A DNA stretch of 64,000 bases from a virus (IMGVR_UViG_3300037722_001090); one strand, 5' to 3'; positions 25,578 to 36,700 are shown, numbered from the stretch's first letter. Program-made: numbers and translations. The notes: a model not told the origin generated them from the sequence alone.

Positions 25578-25760
25578 CTACTCCTTTACAGGCAATCGAC
25601 GAAGTCGATTCTTACAGTTATCAAGACACTCAAGAGCATATTCATCTTGAGTATTCTTATCACCAACACCATTCTTACGGAGAGTATGGATAATATCACC
25701 AATCTCCATAACAATAAGCTCAAGCTCAGTCTTACCCTCGAGCCTCTTAAGTAAGCCCAT
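25578..25760 (-). CDS. hypothetical protein
   Basis: AAGGAG RBS. Confidence 0.6.
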   Translation of the reverse strand: MGLLKRLEGKTELELIVMEIGDIIHTLRKNGVGDKNTQDEYALECLDNCKNRLRRLPVKE

Positions 25761-25764
25761 TCAA

Positions 25765-26025
25765 CTACTCCTTATCAGAGCAAGGAATTAAAGGCAATGC
25801 ACTCTCAGGGATAAAGACAATGTCTCCACCCTTAGCTTCAACATACACGCCTTTACCTTCAACTCGAAGAACAGAACGCATCATCATGTTATCAATACGA
25901 GCTACATTATGTATATCCATAACTTTCCCGAAAAGAATACTCAACATAAAGCCAAGTGCAACGATAAGAACAGCAATAGCTGCAGAGATACCAACCGCAG
26001 CAAAAATCTCTTCAGATCTTTCCAT
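25765..26025 (-). CDS. membrane protein
   Basis: GGAAGG RBS, one TM helix. Confidence 0.6.
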   Translation of the reverse strand: MERSEEIFAAVGISAAIAVLIVALGFMLSILFGKVMDIHNVARIDNMMMRSVLRVEGKGVYVEAKGGDIVFIPESALPLIPCSDKE

Positions 26026-26254
26026 ATATAACTACCTTCCACTCCTGTTAGCAGAATGACATTCTTTGCATGAGCTATAATCAACTATGTGCTTGAATCG
26101 ATCATAGTTATACATAGCACAGCAAACAAAGAAGATAACTCCGCAAATCAAAACAACTCCTTCAAACGTTTTCACCTAGTCAATCCTTTCTTAAGAATAA
26201 AAACAAGAAAGAATACGGTAGCCTGAAACAGGCCGGCAAGGAGAAGAGTAAGAC

Positions 26255-26659
26255 TCACGATTCCTCACTATTAATAGATACAATATCAATACGATACGTA
26301 TCAAACAGTTTAGGCCTACAAGGAGGTAATCCTAATTCGCGCATCTGATGATTCATTAAACGAACATCATCCTCACCATTAGTAAATCCCCAAGTAGGAC
26401 AAAATGTCCCATAACTCAAGTACAACTCACCATCATTGCAATAAGTAGAAGGAACAAGATTGAGTTTAACAATGCATTTTTTCTCACAATCATGTGAAGA
26501 AAGAATACCTGATACTATCCAGGAAGCACTGATACACATTGTAAACTTCAATTTATTATTTAAATCGTATACTTGCACATAACTACGACTTATAACATTG
26601 AATATGAATTCTAATTCAATAGTTTCCATACCAAGTATACGAAAGATAAAACTTAACAA
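26255..26659 (-). CDS. paralogous family member 1
   Basis: C-terminal LGLPPCRPKLFDTYRI, shared with the next two ORFs. Confidence 0.7.
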   Translation of the reverse strand: MLSFIFRILGMETIELEFIFNVISRSYVQVYDLNNKLKFTMCISASWIVSGILSSHDCEKKCIVKLNLVPSTYCNDGELYLSYGTFCPTWGFTNGEDDVRLMNHQMRELGLPPCRPKLFDTYRIDIVSINSEES

Positions 26660-26683
26660 AATATACTCCTTTGAATAGGCGAT

Positions 26684-27097
26684 TTATAATTCAACGGCTA
26701 CAGCTTCAATCAAGTATGTGTTGAACATGAAAGGCTTTTTAATTGGCAGTCCAAGAGCTTCCATTTGATGGTCTGCAACACAAGTGCTCAGAGAGCCACG
26801 AATAAGACTCCATCCATCGAAATTATTTGCCCAGCAGATATAGGTAGCAGTTTTACTCTTGGGTGTAAAAGCATGCGGTATCACCTTAAGCTTGACAGCA
26901 TAATCTTCCTTACACGTAACATGCCCTACATGTCCTATATGCAAAAAGAAAATCTTACATGCAGTAGAACACATACCAAACATAAAACGAAAAGATGAAT
27001 CATGCACGGTAATATTATGTATGTTTCGAATCTTAAACCCAAGATCACATACAATGGGCTTAACACAAAAAAGCCACGACAAAGTCATATTAAACAT
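26684..27097 (-). CDS. paralogous family member 2
   Basis: AAGGAG RBS before MFNMTLSW; LGLPIKKPFMFNTYLI. Confidence 0.7.
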   Translation of the reverse strand: MFNMTLSWLFCVKPIVCDLGFKIRNIHNITVHDSSFRFMFGMCSTACKIFFLHIGHVGHVTCKEDYAVKLKVIPHAFTPKSKTATYICWANNFDGWSLIRGSLSTCVADHQMEALGLPIKKPFMFNTYLIEAVAVEL

Positions 27098-27137
27098 AGA
27101 AGAACAAAGCTCCTTAAATTCAAACAGCAATAACAGC

Positions 27138-27554
27138 TTACTCAGCCTCAGCAGTCTCCATATCCAAACCTTCAATCAGGTACACCTTATTTAACAAAGG
27201 TGCACACTTAGGCAAACCAAGAGCCTTAGCTTGAGATTTCAAGATAAGAGTCTCATCATAACCGTCAGTAAGACACCAGCGGTCACGCTTACTATCCCAA
27301 TATATATACGCACCCTCAACAGTAACAGGCTTACGCACAGAAGGAGTAAGAGTAAACATAACGTTCAGAAGATCACTACCCTTATGCCATTGAGGAAGAG
27401 CTCTACGGATAATACGAGCAGCTACAGCACAAGCATGGAACAGATATTCTCCACCAGCACTGTAAACGTCAACATGAGAATAATACCTCATATCAAACCC
27501 AAACTCGCAACCAATAGGCTTAACACCAAACCAAGACAACACTTTATCAAACAT
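27138..27554 (-). CDS. paralogous family member 3
   Basis: AAGGAG RBS before MFDKVLSW; LGLPKCAPLLNKVYLI. Confidence 0.7.
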   Translation of the reverse strand: MFDKVLSWFGVKPIGCEFGFDMRYYSHVDVYSAGGEYLFHACAVAARIIRRALPQWHKGSDLLNVMFTLTPSVRKPVTVEGAYIYWDSKRDRWCLTDGYDETLILKSQAKALGLPKCAPLLNKVYLIEGLDMETAEAE

Positions 27555-27639
27555 AAAAGACAAGCTCCTTATAAGTAGAAGAACAAACAAAAATAGACCC
27601 AAAGACTAGCACGATATGTAGATTACGTAAGAGGAGACG

Positions 27640-27682
27640 AGAATAGCATGAGAGGGAGAGAGTAGAACCATCGAGAATAGCA
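27640..27682 (-). promoter_or_regulatory. tandem TGCTATTCT motifs (extended -10-like promoter candidates)
   Basis: Copies at 27640-48 and 27674-82; the 16-mer TGCTATTCTCGATGGT recurs exactly at 32438-53. Confidence 0.5.
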
Positions 27683-27799
27683 TATGGGGTTTATGTACAG
27701 GTTATAAGGGTTTAGTGGGCAGAGTAGAGATTGAATAGAGAATGAGTAGATAACATACACAGTTATATATAGACAAAATAAGAATAAAATGTCTGTAAA

Positions 27800-28420
27800 G
27801 CCGCAAAGCGACTGAGTTTCCGTATTAAAATGTTTCCGTTTCCGTACTATAAGAACCAAAAATATAAAAAAGTACTGTAAGTATACGTACTATAAACATT
27901 AATTATTCATTTAAATTAAAATTAATATGTTTCCGTTATTAAAATAACATATATTAAGATAACTATTAAAATTGGAATAAGTGGAAGAAGGAGGAATAGT
28001 CCCTTTCTCCATACTATTTCTCTCAAAATAATAGCTCTTTATTAACATGTTTCCGTCAATAAGTTAAACATTAAGTAAATACTGAGTAAATTACTTACTC
28101 ACTATGTACTTTACGTACTTTACACACTTACGTTCTTCTAGTCTTATTCATTTAGTTAATCTAAATTTTAATTAATACTTGTCTTACACTTTCAAATTGG
28201 ATTTTTTGAACAGATACTTTACGTCAATAGACGTAAGAGTCTTACAGGAGGGAATTACATGAACGAGGGTTTTAAAACATTTCATCTTTACTCTCCTTGA
28301 TAATACAATAATAAATTAAAAGAAATAGATCAAAAATAGCAAAAGCTTTACTTATAATTATTTATTTCTATTTAAACAAGACTAGGCATTTTTTCTTACT
28401 TACGCCAACAAGTTTTATTA
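27800..28420. repeat. AT-rich non-coding region with five GTTTCCGT repeats (candidate replication origin)
   Basis: GTTTCCGT at 27816, 27832, 27838, 27929, 28049; TACTTTAC repeats; very AT-rich; no credible ORF. Confidence 0.5.
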
Positions 28421-28517
28421 ATTTGTGTGTTGTAAGTCTAATACAAAAAAGGGGGAGAGGTTTTACCCTCTCCCAATTCTAAGGAGGTGTGTAGGTTTTA
28501 CGTGTTTCTCTTGTTGT

Positions 28518-28916
28518 TCATTTTTCTTTTTTGGTTTCGATGTCGTTGTCGGTTTTGTGGCTGGCGTTGATTGCCTCGCGGATATCGTGTTCAGACATGC
28601 CGGTACGTTCGACGATGCTTTTGACCAGGGCTTCGGTTTCTTCAGCGTGGCTGGCGATAGCGTTGAGACGTTGGTTCATGTCACGCATTTCGCCGTCACG
28701 TTTGATGTTGTCGAAGCCGTCGCCGATGGCATGAAGAGTATTGCGGGTTCTGCGGGCAACACGTTCGGTCAGGCCTTTGGAGAAGGCGGCAATGGTGCCG
28801 ATGGATTTTTTGGTGTCTTTAATCGAGACGGCGTCTTCGAAGTCTTTGGTCAGGTCGGCGAGACGTTTTTGGAGTTCACGAATCTTTTTTGTTTCGTTGG
28901 TTTCGGGAGTTGCCAT
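28518..28916 (-). CDS. GC-rich coiled-coil hypothetical protein
   Basis: AAGGAG RBS, terminator downstream at about 28445-28475. Confidence 0.75.
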   Translation of the reverse strand: MATPETNETKKIRELQKRLADLTKDFEDAVSIKDTKKSIGTIAAFSKGLTERVARRTRNTLHAIGDGFDNIKRDGEMRDMNQRLNAIASHAEETEALVKSIVERTGMSEHDIREAINASHKTDNDIETKKEK

Positions 28917-29054
28917 GATTGTTCTCCTTTAGGTAAATGATTGGTATAATGAAGATTGTGAATAATACTGCTATGAAAGAAAGGAAAGCAAGGTAATATT
29001 GTTGTGTAAAAAGATGTACAATGATAGATCCTATTCCTAGTATTAGAAGTTGGA

Positions 29055-29246
29055 TCATACTTTTTTCCTTTTCATGAGTCCGAAGAGAGTCCATCCTAAC
29101 CAGACTGTGAATCCGAAAGGTAGTAAGAAAGCAATGTGTCCGAAAATGCTTAAAATGAATGAGATCCAAATATATACTGGACCACAAATGAGATAAGCAA
29201 CAAAGAGTGTACCGATGAAAGTAAATACTTGTTTGAATTTTTTCAT
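29055..29246 (-). CDS. membrane protein
   Basis: GAGG RBS, hydrophobic. Confidence 0.6.
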   Translation of the reverse strand: MKKFKQVFTFIGTLFVAYLICGPVYIWISFILSIFGHIAFLLPFGFTVWLGWTLFGLMKRKKV

Positions 29247-29255
29247 GGTAACCTC

Positions 29256-29573
29256 TTAGTGATAAACTGGTTTACTTGTGAACATGTTAATACATTTCTT
29301 TTTAGTCCACATGTATACCATTAAAAGACTTGAACTTCCAAAGCAAGCAAACATAAGTACGAATGTACCGATGCCTGCTGTAACGGTTCCTGATGCTTGA
29401 TTTATAATTCTATTGCCAAGGAAGGTTATTATGATATCAAGGGCAATAATACGCCATTTTTTATTGAGTACCCATGTTTTAATCCAACTGGGCAAATAGA
29501 CGAGGAAGTAACCGAACCATAGAGCCCACAATCCTAGGCCCCATATTGCACCTACAATTGCTAGATCTTGCAT
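29256..29573 (-). CDS. membrane protein
   Basis: AGGAG RBS, three hydrophobic segments. Confidence 0.65.
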   Translation of the reverse strand: MQDLAIVGAIWGLGLWALWFGYFLVYLPSWIKTWVLNKKWRIIALDIIITFLGNRIINQASGTVTAGIGTFVLMFACFGSSSLLMVYMWTKKKCINMFTSKPVYH

Positions 29574-29575
29574 GG

Positions 29576-29860
29576 TTAGTCTCCTATATTTTTAAGTTCG
29601 TTGTATGATTTTTCACCGAGTGCATCTATTAATCGTTTTTTACTTAACTTAAACCTATTGTTCTCATTCATGTTGATTTTGATTTTTTTATCGAGATCAT
29701 CACGAATCTTTTTCATTATGATTGTTTCTTTATCTTTAGCTTTTGTATCTGAGCAGTTGGCAAGTACTAATTGTTCAAAGAGTTGATGGCTGACGTACAT
29801 TAGTCCTATTGCTCCGAAGATACATATAGTGACTATGAATATAACGTATAACATAGGCAT
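29576..29860 (-). CDS. membrane-anchored hypothetical protein
   Basis: AGGAG RBS. Confidence 0.6.
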   Translation of the reverse strand: MPMLYVIFIVTICIFGAIGLMYVSHQLFEQLVLANCSDTKAKDKETIIMKKIRDDLDKKIKINMNENNRFKLSKKRLIDALGEKSYNELKNIGD

Positions 29861-30052
29861 CTCCTGTTTAAAAAAAGTGAGGGGATTGTATACTGGCCAT
29901 TATTAAATGGACCATTTCGCGCTAACCTTTCAGCCGCTAAGCCTATAGTTAGTTCCCCTCATGCTTCTGCCTGTTGCCCTATCCTCTGTGGAATCGGGCT
30001 TCATCCCCCCAGGTGTCTCAAAGGATTATGTTTATCTTCTCAAGAATAGCAA

Positions 30053-30394
30053 TCAAGGTTTGATATGGGGTTCCATTGCTTTTCTGAGAATGATACTGAA
30101 GATGTTGTCTTCGATGCGTTCGCAATACCAGTCGAGGAAAGACTGTGCTTCATTGTATGCAATGAGGGCGGGTACGTTAATGCTCCAAGCGAGTTTGATG
30201 CTGTCTTCAGTAACAATAAGTGCGCGTGGGGTAATTCTTTTTTTTACGGTGCTTATGTTCATGGCGATGAGAAGCCATTCGCTGAATGTTTTGAAACTGA
30301 TGTTGTGTCTGGTGCACCACAGTGTGATTTCTGTGGTAAGATCAACGGTGGTTTTTCCGTTAATGGTAGTGATTCCGAAATTACTTTTACTCAT
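30053..30394 (-). CDS. hypothetical protein
   Basis: AGGAG RBS. Confidence 0.65.
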   Translation of the reverse strand: MSKSNFGITTINGKTTVDLTTEITLWCTRHNISFKTFSEWLLIAMNISTVKKRITPRALIVTEDSIKLAWSINVPALIAYNEAQSFLDWYCERIEDNIFSIILRKAMEPHIKP

Positions 30395-30442
30395 TCTTAT
30401 CTCCTTAAGAGAGATGGTAAAAGTCTCTCCCGGTTATTATTG

Positions 30443-30856
30443 TCAGTCGATGGTTGCGCCGAGTTTTTTGTTCTCGAGCTTTTCCATGAAAGCGTGAATT
30501 TTGGTGGCACATTCGATGCCGGCGTCGGTGAGTGCGATCATGGCGTTGGGAATTTGTTCGAGGATTTCAACACCATGTTTGGAGAGTTCCATATACTCTC
30601 CTTCTTCGTAGGTTGATTCGCTGGCCACTTCCTTGATATCGACACTGATATGGGAAGAGCCGATTTCCTTGGCAACTTCTTTGGTGGGAGTGAAATTGAT
30701 GGTGATGCCACCGAATTTGGTTACGATTTTCATACCTGTTGCTCCTTGTAGTTTGGAGTTAAGTGTTTTTGTAATAATGTAGGTAATCAGTTGAACATTT
30801 TGTTTGAAGTACCAGATGGATATATTAAATAAAAATTTATTGATTTGTTTTTTCAT
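30443..30856 (-). CDS. hypothetical protein
   Basis: AGGAG RBS; alternative start at 30733. Confidence 0.6.
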   Translation of the reverse strand: MKKQINKFLFNISIWYFKQNVQLITYIITKTLNSKLQGATGMKIVTKFGGITINFTPTKEVAKEIGSSHISVDIKEVASESTYEEGEYMELSKHGVEILEQIPNAMIALTDAGIECATKIHAFMEKLENKKLGATID

Positions 30857-30868
30857 TGGTGGTGTCTC

Positions 30869-31189
30869 CTATTTTTTTGTTTTGTGGAGACTTTTCCCAT
30901 GTTTTTTAGTTATGTCTTCTTCGAACATGAATTCCATGTAGGCATGTTTTCCTACAAGTTTTTTAAATCTCCACTTAGTTAGTGGTTTGCTTTTTTTGAG
31001 TAGTTTTTGTATTTCTTCTTCGTAATATAGTGTTTCTTTAATATGGAATTTAATGCTACTGAAATCTTTGTGTCTATAAATAGCACGAGTTCCAGTATAT
31101 ATAACCATGCCCATAAGAAAGAATGTTGAGAAAATGGTTGGGTATCCGCCGATGAAAGCCATCCATTCATAGAATGATAGTCCAAACAT
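30869..31189 (-). CDS. membrane protein
   Basis: AAGGA RBS, one TM helix. Confidence 0.6.
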   Translation of the reverse strand: MFGLSFYEWMAFIGGYPTIFSTFFLMGMVIYTGTRAIYRHKDFSSIKFHIKETLYYEEEIQKLLKKSKPLTKWRFKKLVGKHAYMEFMFEEDITKKHGKSLHKTKK

Positions 31190-31344
31190 GATGAGTTCCT
31201 TTTAAAAGAGAGGTTCCTTGGGCATCTTTATTGAACCATGGTGGTCCATTGTGCCTAGTCATTGAGAGTGCGGAGACGCTCAAGCTTACACGCATTCAGT
31301 AAAGTTTTGTAGCCCAAGGATACCATGAAAACTGTGTGTAATAT

Positions 31345-31989
31345 TTATATGTTTTGTCGCTTGTGAGGTTGATTGTAATCTTCATGTGATAGGATTTTTC
31401 TTGGTTCAACGGATCTTCCTTCAATGCGTTTGCAGAGGAGTCTCCATTTTCTGCCAAGAGGGATACTGATGATGTCATGGTTGTGACGTAGGGCTTTCCC
31501 TCCGAGCTTGCCGTAACATTCACCTTCATTCATTTTTTGTATGATGGTGGCTGCCATTTCGACAATGTCGATGGGTATACCTTTTGTATCAATTTTGATA
31601 CTAGCAATTAACTTGTCTTCTTTTTTCTTTCTTTTTTTCGGTACTTTTTCTTCTGTAACATGAACAACTTCTGCTTCAACCGTTGGTACGATTAAATCTT
31701 CTGGATATAATTCTTTCCAGGCAGCGTCAATTACATCGAAACCTTTGTTTGTAATGAGCCAGTTGTTTCTTTTGATCTCTTCGAGGAGTCTCGCTACTTC
31801 AAGTGCACGAAATGCGGTGTGTAGTCTTGAGTATCCCCAGTTGAGAATTTTTTTGATTTTGTATTTTGTTATTGGTTCACTCATGTTGATACATAGAGCG
31901 AATACCATTGTTTCATCTCTTGAAGGAATGACACTTGTTGCTTCGAGAATGTGGAACTGTAGAACTTCTAGAGGTTTCATGTAAACCAC
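31345..31989 (-). CDS. winged-HTH protein fused to a ParE/RelE-like domain
   Basis: N-terminal wHTH-like segment ending W.IT.KG; C-terminal GKAL...IISIPLGRKWRLL...LSHEDYN. Confidence 0.6.
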   Translation of the reverse strand: MVYMKPLEVLQFHILEATSVIPSRDETMVFALCINMSEPITKYKIKKILNWGYSRLHTAFRALEVARLLEEIKRNNWLITNKGFDVIDAAWKELYPEDLIVPTVEAEVVHVTEEKVPKKRKKKEDKLIASIKIDTKGIPIDIVEMAATIIQKMNEGECYGKLGGKALRHNHDIISIPLGRKWRLLCKRIEGRSVEPRKILSHEDYNQPHKRQNI

Positions 31990-32249
31990 CTTTCACTTCC
32001 TTTAACGAATCCTCGTATCCAGAGTTTAGTTAGAATACCTGATTTACGCATAATTACATGAGCTGCCATCATGTTATACTCATACATGACAAACAACTTA
32101 CGTAACATACGATACTCACGATGACTATAGATCCAATTAAAGAACACAAGTGCAAGAATAGCAAGTATGTTCCAGAACCAGAACTCGCTGAATATATGTA
32201 AGTAAGGATTTATATATGCAACGGCTTTATCGAACCATTCTCTAAACAT
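31977..32249 (-). CDS. membrane protein
   Basis: AAGGAG RBS. Confidence 0.6.
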   Translation of the reverse strand: MFREWFDKAVAYINPYLHIFSEFWFWNILAILALVFFNWIYSHREYRMLRKLFVMYEYNMMAAHVIMRKSGILTKLWIRGFVKGSERWFT

Positions 32250-32258
32250 GGCATCTCC

Positions 32259-32411
32259 TTAAATAGTTATCCATCCAGCTGCTTGAGCTTTAGCACCCAA
32301 GAAGGCAAAGACAGTTCCTTCAACAGTCAGGTGCAGTAAGTAACCGACAAGCACCCACATTGCCGTAGCAAGTTTGTGATGTCTGCGCATGAAGCGTCTG
32401 AAGTTTTGCAT
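32259..32411 (-). CDS. small membrane peptide
   Basis: AGGAGG RBS before MQNFRRF. Confidence 0.55.
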   Translation of the reverse strand: MQNFRRFMRRHHKLATAMWVLVGYLLHLTVEGTVFAFLGAKAQAAGWITI

Positions 32412-32496
32412 ATAGTGCCTCCTGCATAGGTTAAGGGACCATCGAGAATAGCAAGTGAATAAAAAAATAGGGGACCCGAAGATCCCCCATTCTTGT

Positions 32497-33066
32497 TTAC
32501 TTCTGCAGCTTGGCCGCTTCTTCCGCCTGCTTGCGGAGCGCGAATGCCGAGAGGCCGCCTTCTTCGCCGGTACCAGCGGTGGTCGACTCATCTTCGAGCC
32601 GGTTCGTGGTTTTGGCCTTGGGCTGCTTCAAACAGCTCAGGTCGATGTCTTCCGGGGCGATGAACGAGGGGAGCGTGGCAGCACTGCCTTTGAACCGATC
32701 GAGCAGCGTGCATTTGCTGTACTCCTGATACTCCACGACGTATTCGCCGCCGGTAGCCGTTTCGCCCCGGTATTCGCCGTGTTTTTCCGACTTGAACGCG
32801 AAGGCAATGCGGTCGCCCTCCAAAACCGACAGCCAGGCCTTGTCACGGGCATTTTCGAGCGATCCGTAGATCACGGCACGATTGCCCGAAGCCAGACCGA
32901 CGTTGACGATGAAGTCACTGCCGGATTTTTCGTTCCCACGGAGATCTGTTTTGCTGATCCGGGCGACTTCTTCGTCCAGGACCAAACAGATTTTCCCACG
33001 CGCTCCGGAGAGCAACTCGGTGAGTTCTTTGGTGAACTGTTTCTTTTCCATAACGTACTCCTTCAA
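32497..33066 (-). CDS. GC-rich hypothetical protein
   Basis: 189-aa ORF, terminator downstream at about 32458-32490. Confidence 0.75.
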   Translation of the reverse strand: MKEYVMEKKQFTKELTELLSGARGKICLVLDEEVARISKTDLRGNEKSGSDFIVNVGLASGNRAVIYGSLENARDKAWLSVLEGDRIAFAFKSEKHGEYRGETATGGEYVVEYQEYSKCTLLDRFKGSAATLPSFIAPEDIDLSCLKQPKAKTTNRLEDESTTAGTGEEGGLSAFALRKQAEEAAKLQK

Positions 33067-33084
33067 AAAGTGTAAAAAGGTTCA

Positions 33085-33174
33085 AGAATAGCACGTACTC
33101 ACACACCCATAGTGTAAGTCAGTAGCTCTTTTTTCTCATAGATAGCACAGGACACGCACTCTCGTAGATAGCAC
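33085..33174 (-). promoter_or_regulatory. cluster of GTGCTAT motifs upstream of a gene
   Basis: GTGCTATTCT at 33085-94 and GTGCTATCTA at 33139-48 and 33165-74. Confidence 0.45.
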
Positions 33175-33384
33175 GAATCTACGCATACGTACACTGTATT
33201 AGATATATAGACCTTAGGCCCTTCGTGTGATACCAGGCCCGTCGTAAGTGTAGAAGCGTCAAGGCTTCAATAGCTATACTCTGCTTGCTGGCTCCAGGTC
33301 AACGGTGGAGCACCATACCGTACAGCTCGCATTATATAGCTAATAAAAAAAGGGAGCCCGTTAGGACCCCCTTTTAATTACATA

Positions 33385-33654
33385 CTAATACCTACGCCAA
33401 TAACAACCCTCACCTATTGATATTCCATGAGACGTTGGCCCACAATAATGACCATCAGTAATAGACGAAGCTCTACTCCCTGTAGGAAGAGGATCCTTAC
33501 CAACTAAGAACTTATTCATTCTTAGTCTACCAATCTCCTTATCAATAGCGTTCATTCTATTCTTCACCTTCTGTCTATCTTCTTTACTGATGGGACGACC
33601 AAGTCTTAATTCAAGATCAGCACTCTCCATAAACAACGCATCTACTCTGTGCAT
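33385..33654 (-). CDS. hypothetical protein
   Basis: ORF directly downstream of the RNAP gene, terminator after it. Confidence 0.6.
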   Translation of the reverse strand: MHRVDALFMESADLELRLGRPISKEDRQKVKNRMNAIDKEIGRLRMNKFLVGKDPLPTGSRASSITDGHYCGPTSHGISIGEGCYWRRY

Positions 33655-33710
33655 GATATAAACCTTTCTAGGCAGTTTAACGACATGCCCAGGTCAGTAA
33701 GAGTTAACTA

Positions 33711-36700
33711 TTAGAGATCGCCTTCACCCTGAGCCATGATACGATCCATGTACTCAGTAGCCTCACGCTCGATACGTTTACGGATATTCTCCGCCACAGC
33801 AATCTCAACATCCTTAATGTACGGATTGTCAGGATTCACACGCTTAGCAAGAGGAATGATGAACTTATCCGCATCGAACAGCCAGAACAAGCTGCCAGGC
33901 TTACTGGTAATCTTATCCGCACCAGTATCCCTGTCCTGACCAGACCAAGTGCCGAAAGACTGAACACCAATCGACAACATGAGCTGCTCCTTAAACTCAT
34001 CCATGAAGAAGCGATAATCAGGCTTACCGAAATACTTCTTACAAGCAAACTCAGCAATGATATCAATGTAACCGCGATAATCATTGGCAAGTGCAGCCCA
34101 GGCAATACGACGAGCCCTCTTGTCCACAATGAGAGACTTGTCATCCTGCAGAATCCTGGAATGCAGAGAATACCCCTCAATGATGGTACCATAAAGATTA
34201 CCACCATTAATGAGCAGGCTAGTAGCATTCAATACGAACTGAGGAGTCCAAGGAAGCTCAGCTTTGAGCTGCCTGAATTCACTATGAAGTGCTACCTTCT
34301 TTGCCCATTCAGTACGACAAAGATTACGCATATCAGTACTGTCCGAATGACGAGTAGTACAACTCACATCACGCAGAACATTAAGGACATGGCGGTAAGG
34401 GTTATATTCACTGCACTTGATATCCTGCAACTTACGGATAATCGCCTTCATGCAAAGATGCGGAATACCCTTAACGCTACTGTTCCCTCCATCCTTACGG
34501 AGAGCGCAGTAATCCTGAGGAGCAGAACGCAGCGGCATAACACGGCCATTAACACCATAAAGGCGAGTAATGGTTGCTGCAGCATCTTCCTCAGCAGAAA
34601 TGTCATGATGCTTCATGCCATCAATTGCAAGCTGGACAATCTCACCCATATGCATGATCTGAGCAGGAGTGAGAGGAGTACCATTCCACCAATTCTCGAA
34701 GATGATCTGCCGAGACAGGTTATCCAGAGAGCCAGTATCAATAGCACTCTGAGCAATAGCCAAGTAAGCCCTATAGGTCTGAGTGACAAATGCTTCTTCA
34801 CTCATAAGGCCTTTGGCTTTAGCCTTCTTCTCCTTAACAGGAGGGAGAGGACGCTCAGTTACAGGGAATGCGATGTCAGGATGAGGGAATACAATACAAG
34901 TATCCCCATCGACATCACCGAACATAGTCCAGAGAGCCCTTGCGCTAAGCTCAATGCAATCCGTAGTACCATTCAACTTGTGATGATGAAACTCCATGAA
35001 GTTACCATCACCAACAACCGGATTACGACCAATGTTCCATTTAGTATCGGGCCCAAGAAGCTTCGTGAACTTCTTCTTGCTGGGACCGTTGAACATATAG
35101 ACCTTCTCATTAGTCTCCAGAAAATGCTTATACTCGAGCAGGTCAAGCTCTTCATTAACCTCCAAGTAGAAGGCCAAATCAGACAGCCGCACCTTATACA
35201 CATTCTGGATCAAGTAAGTCCAAATACGAGCCATCATAACAGTAATGCGACTCGTATACATAGGAACACGCCAATCACCAAGCTCTTCGTCATATTTAGT
35301 GAAGAGGAAAGCCTTAAGTGGCTCACTAATAGCATCGTCCATAGTGGCTTCAGCATCCGACTTCAAGATACTGAGATAGCCACTAGCCTTACCTGCCAAT
35401 GCATCAACTACGATCTGCGCATTAGGAATCGCAGTCTCCACAATACGAGACACAAGCTCACTGTCCAAACGAACAGACTGAACACCAAGCGACGACTTTC
35501 CATCACTAACCTTGATTGCAACAATACGCAATGCAGGTTTCTCAGGAGTAATGGGAATAAGCACGATATCACCATGCTTGAGCCGGCCCTTCTGCGTTTT
35601 AAAGTTACCAAGACCCATGATAGCATCCTGATCCTCAAGATTGAAGCCATACTCTTCAACCTTCTCCTCATACCTGTTCACATGAAACATACACTTGCCC
35701 TTGAAGCTAGGCATCACATCACCAACCTTGAATTGGTAGATAGAAGGATTGGTCACGGCCAACTCAGCCATTACCTTAACATCAGCCTCATCAAATACAT
35801 GATAGCTCCTCGCCTGAGCATTTCCGTTAACACGCTCCTCTTTAGGAGGCTTAGGCACAGTCACTTCCTTGCCAGCAGTAACTGCAGCATTATACTCCTC
35901 CATCTGCTTAGCAAACCTCTTAAGCTCACTGACAGGAGTGTACCACATGCTAAGACAAGTAAGCATGTTACCATCGTTAAGAGGGTGTCCGCCCCAACCA
36001 GTCATATGTTCGGTGCGAGGAGTGTGACCAACAATCTCATCATTAATAACGCGCACACGAAGATACTGAGCATTCTCCGTACTTGCGATCTGATAAGGAT
36101 TGGGCGTCATGAACGTACCAGTAGGCTTAAACGGATTGTCATGATTACGAGGATCGTCACCCATCAACTCTGTCCAATCCTCAAGATATGCCTTACCAAG
36201 CAAAGGTTCACTCTTCTTAGCATTACCAAGTACGTGCTTGGCTTCACTAGCGGCTACATCCTGCATACGCTTGAAGATCTTAACCCTGTTGTTAGAGTCG
36301 TGCTCTTCAATAGACATAGGGATAACCTTGCCTCCCTTGCACCACTCATAGAATGGCGAGTTCGAGGCAATCTCAATCATGGCATCAGTACCATTAATGA
36401 CAAAGTCCGTACCGATAACCACCTCCTTTTGTACCGGATCACCATGCTCATCAATGCCTGCTTGCGTTTCAGTGATCTCAATCACCGCACCAGTATAGAC
36501 AATGCCCTTAACTTTCTCAAGCGTAGGGCTAAGTCCATGCAACCTGATCTTCGGATCATTCTCCGAGACAGGGTTAACTGCACCACTATACTCTTTAGGC
36601 TTAGTGGCGATAAGGCTGAGCTTCCTGTTCTTCATGGCATCTCCCTTGTTGTGGGCCTCCAGTTTGTCTTTGAACAGTTGCACCTGCTCTTTAACGGTGC

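Noticed and set aside
27800-28420. CRISPR array
   Set aside because: Repeats are only 8-16 nt and irregularly spaced; no repeat-spacer periodicity or cas genes
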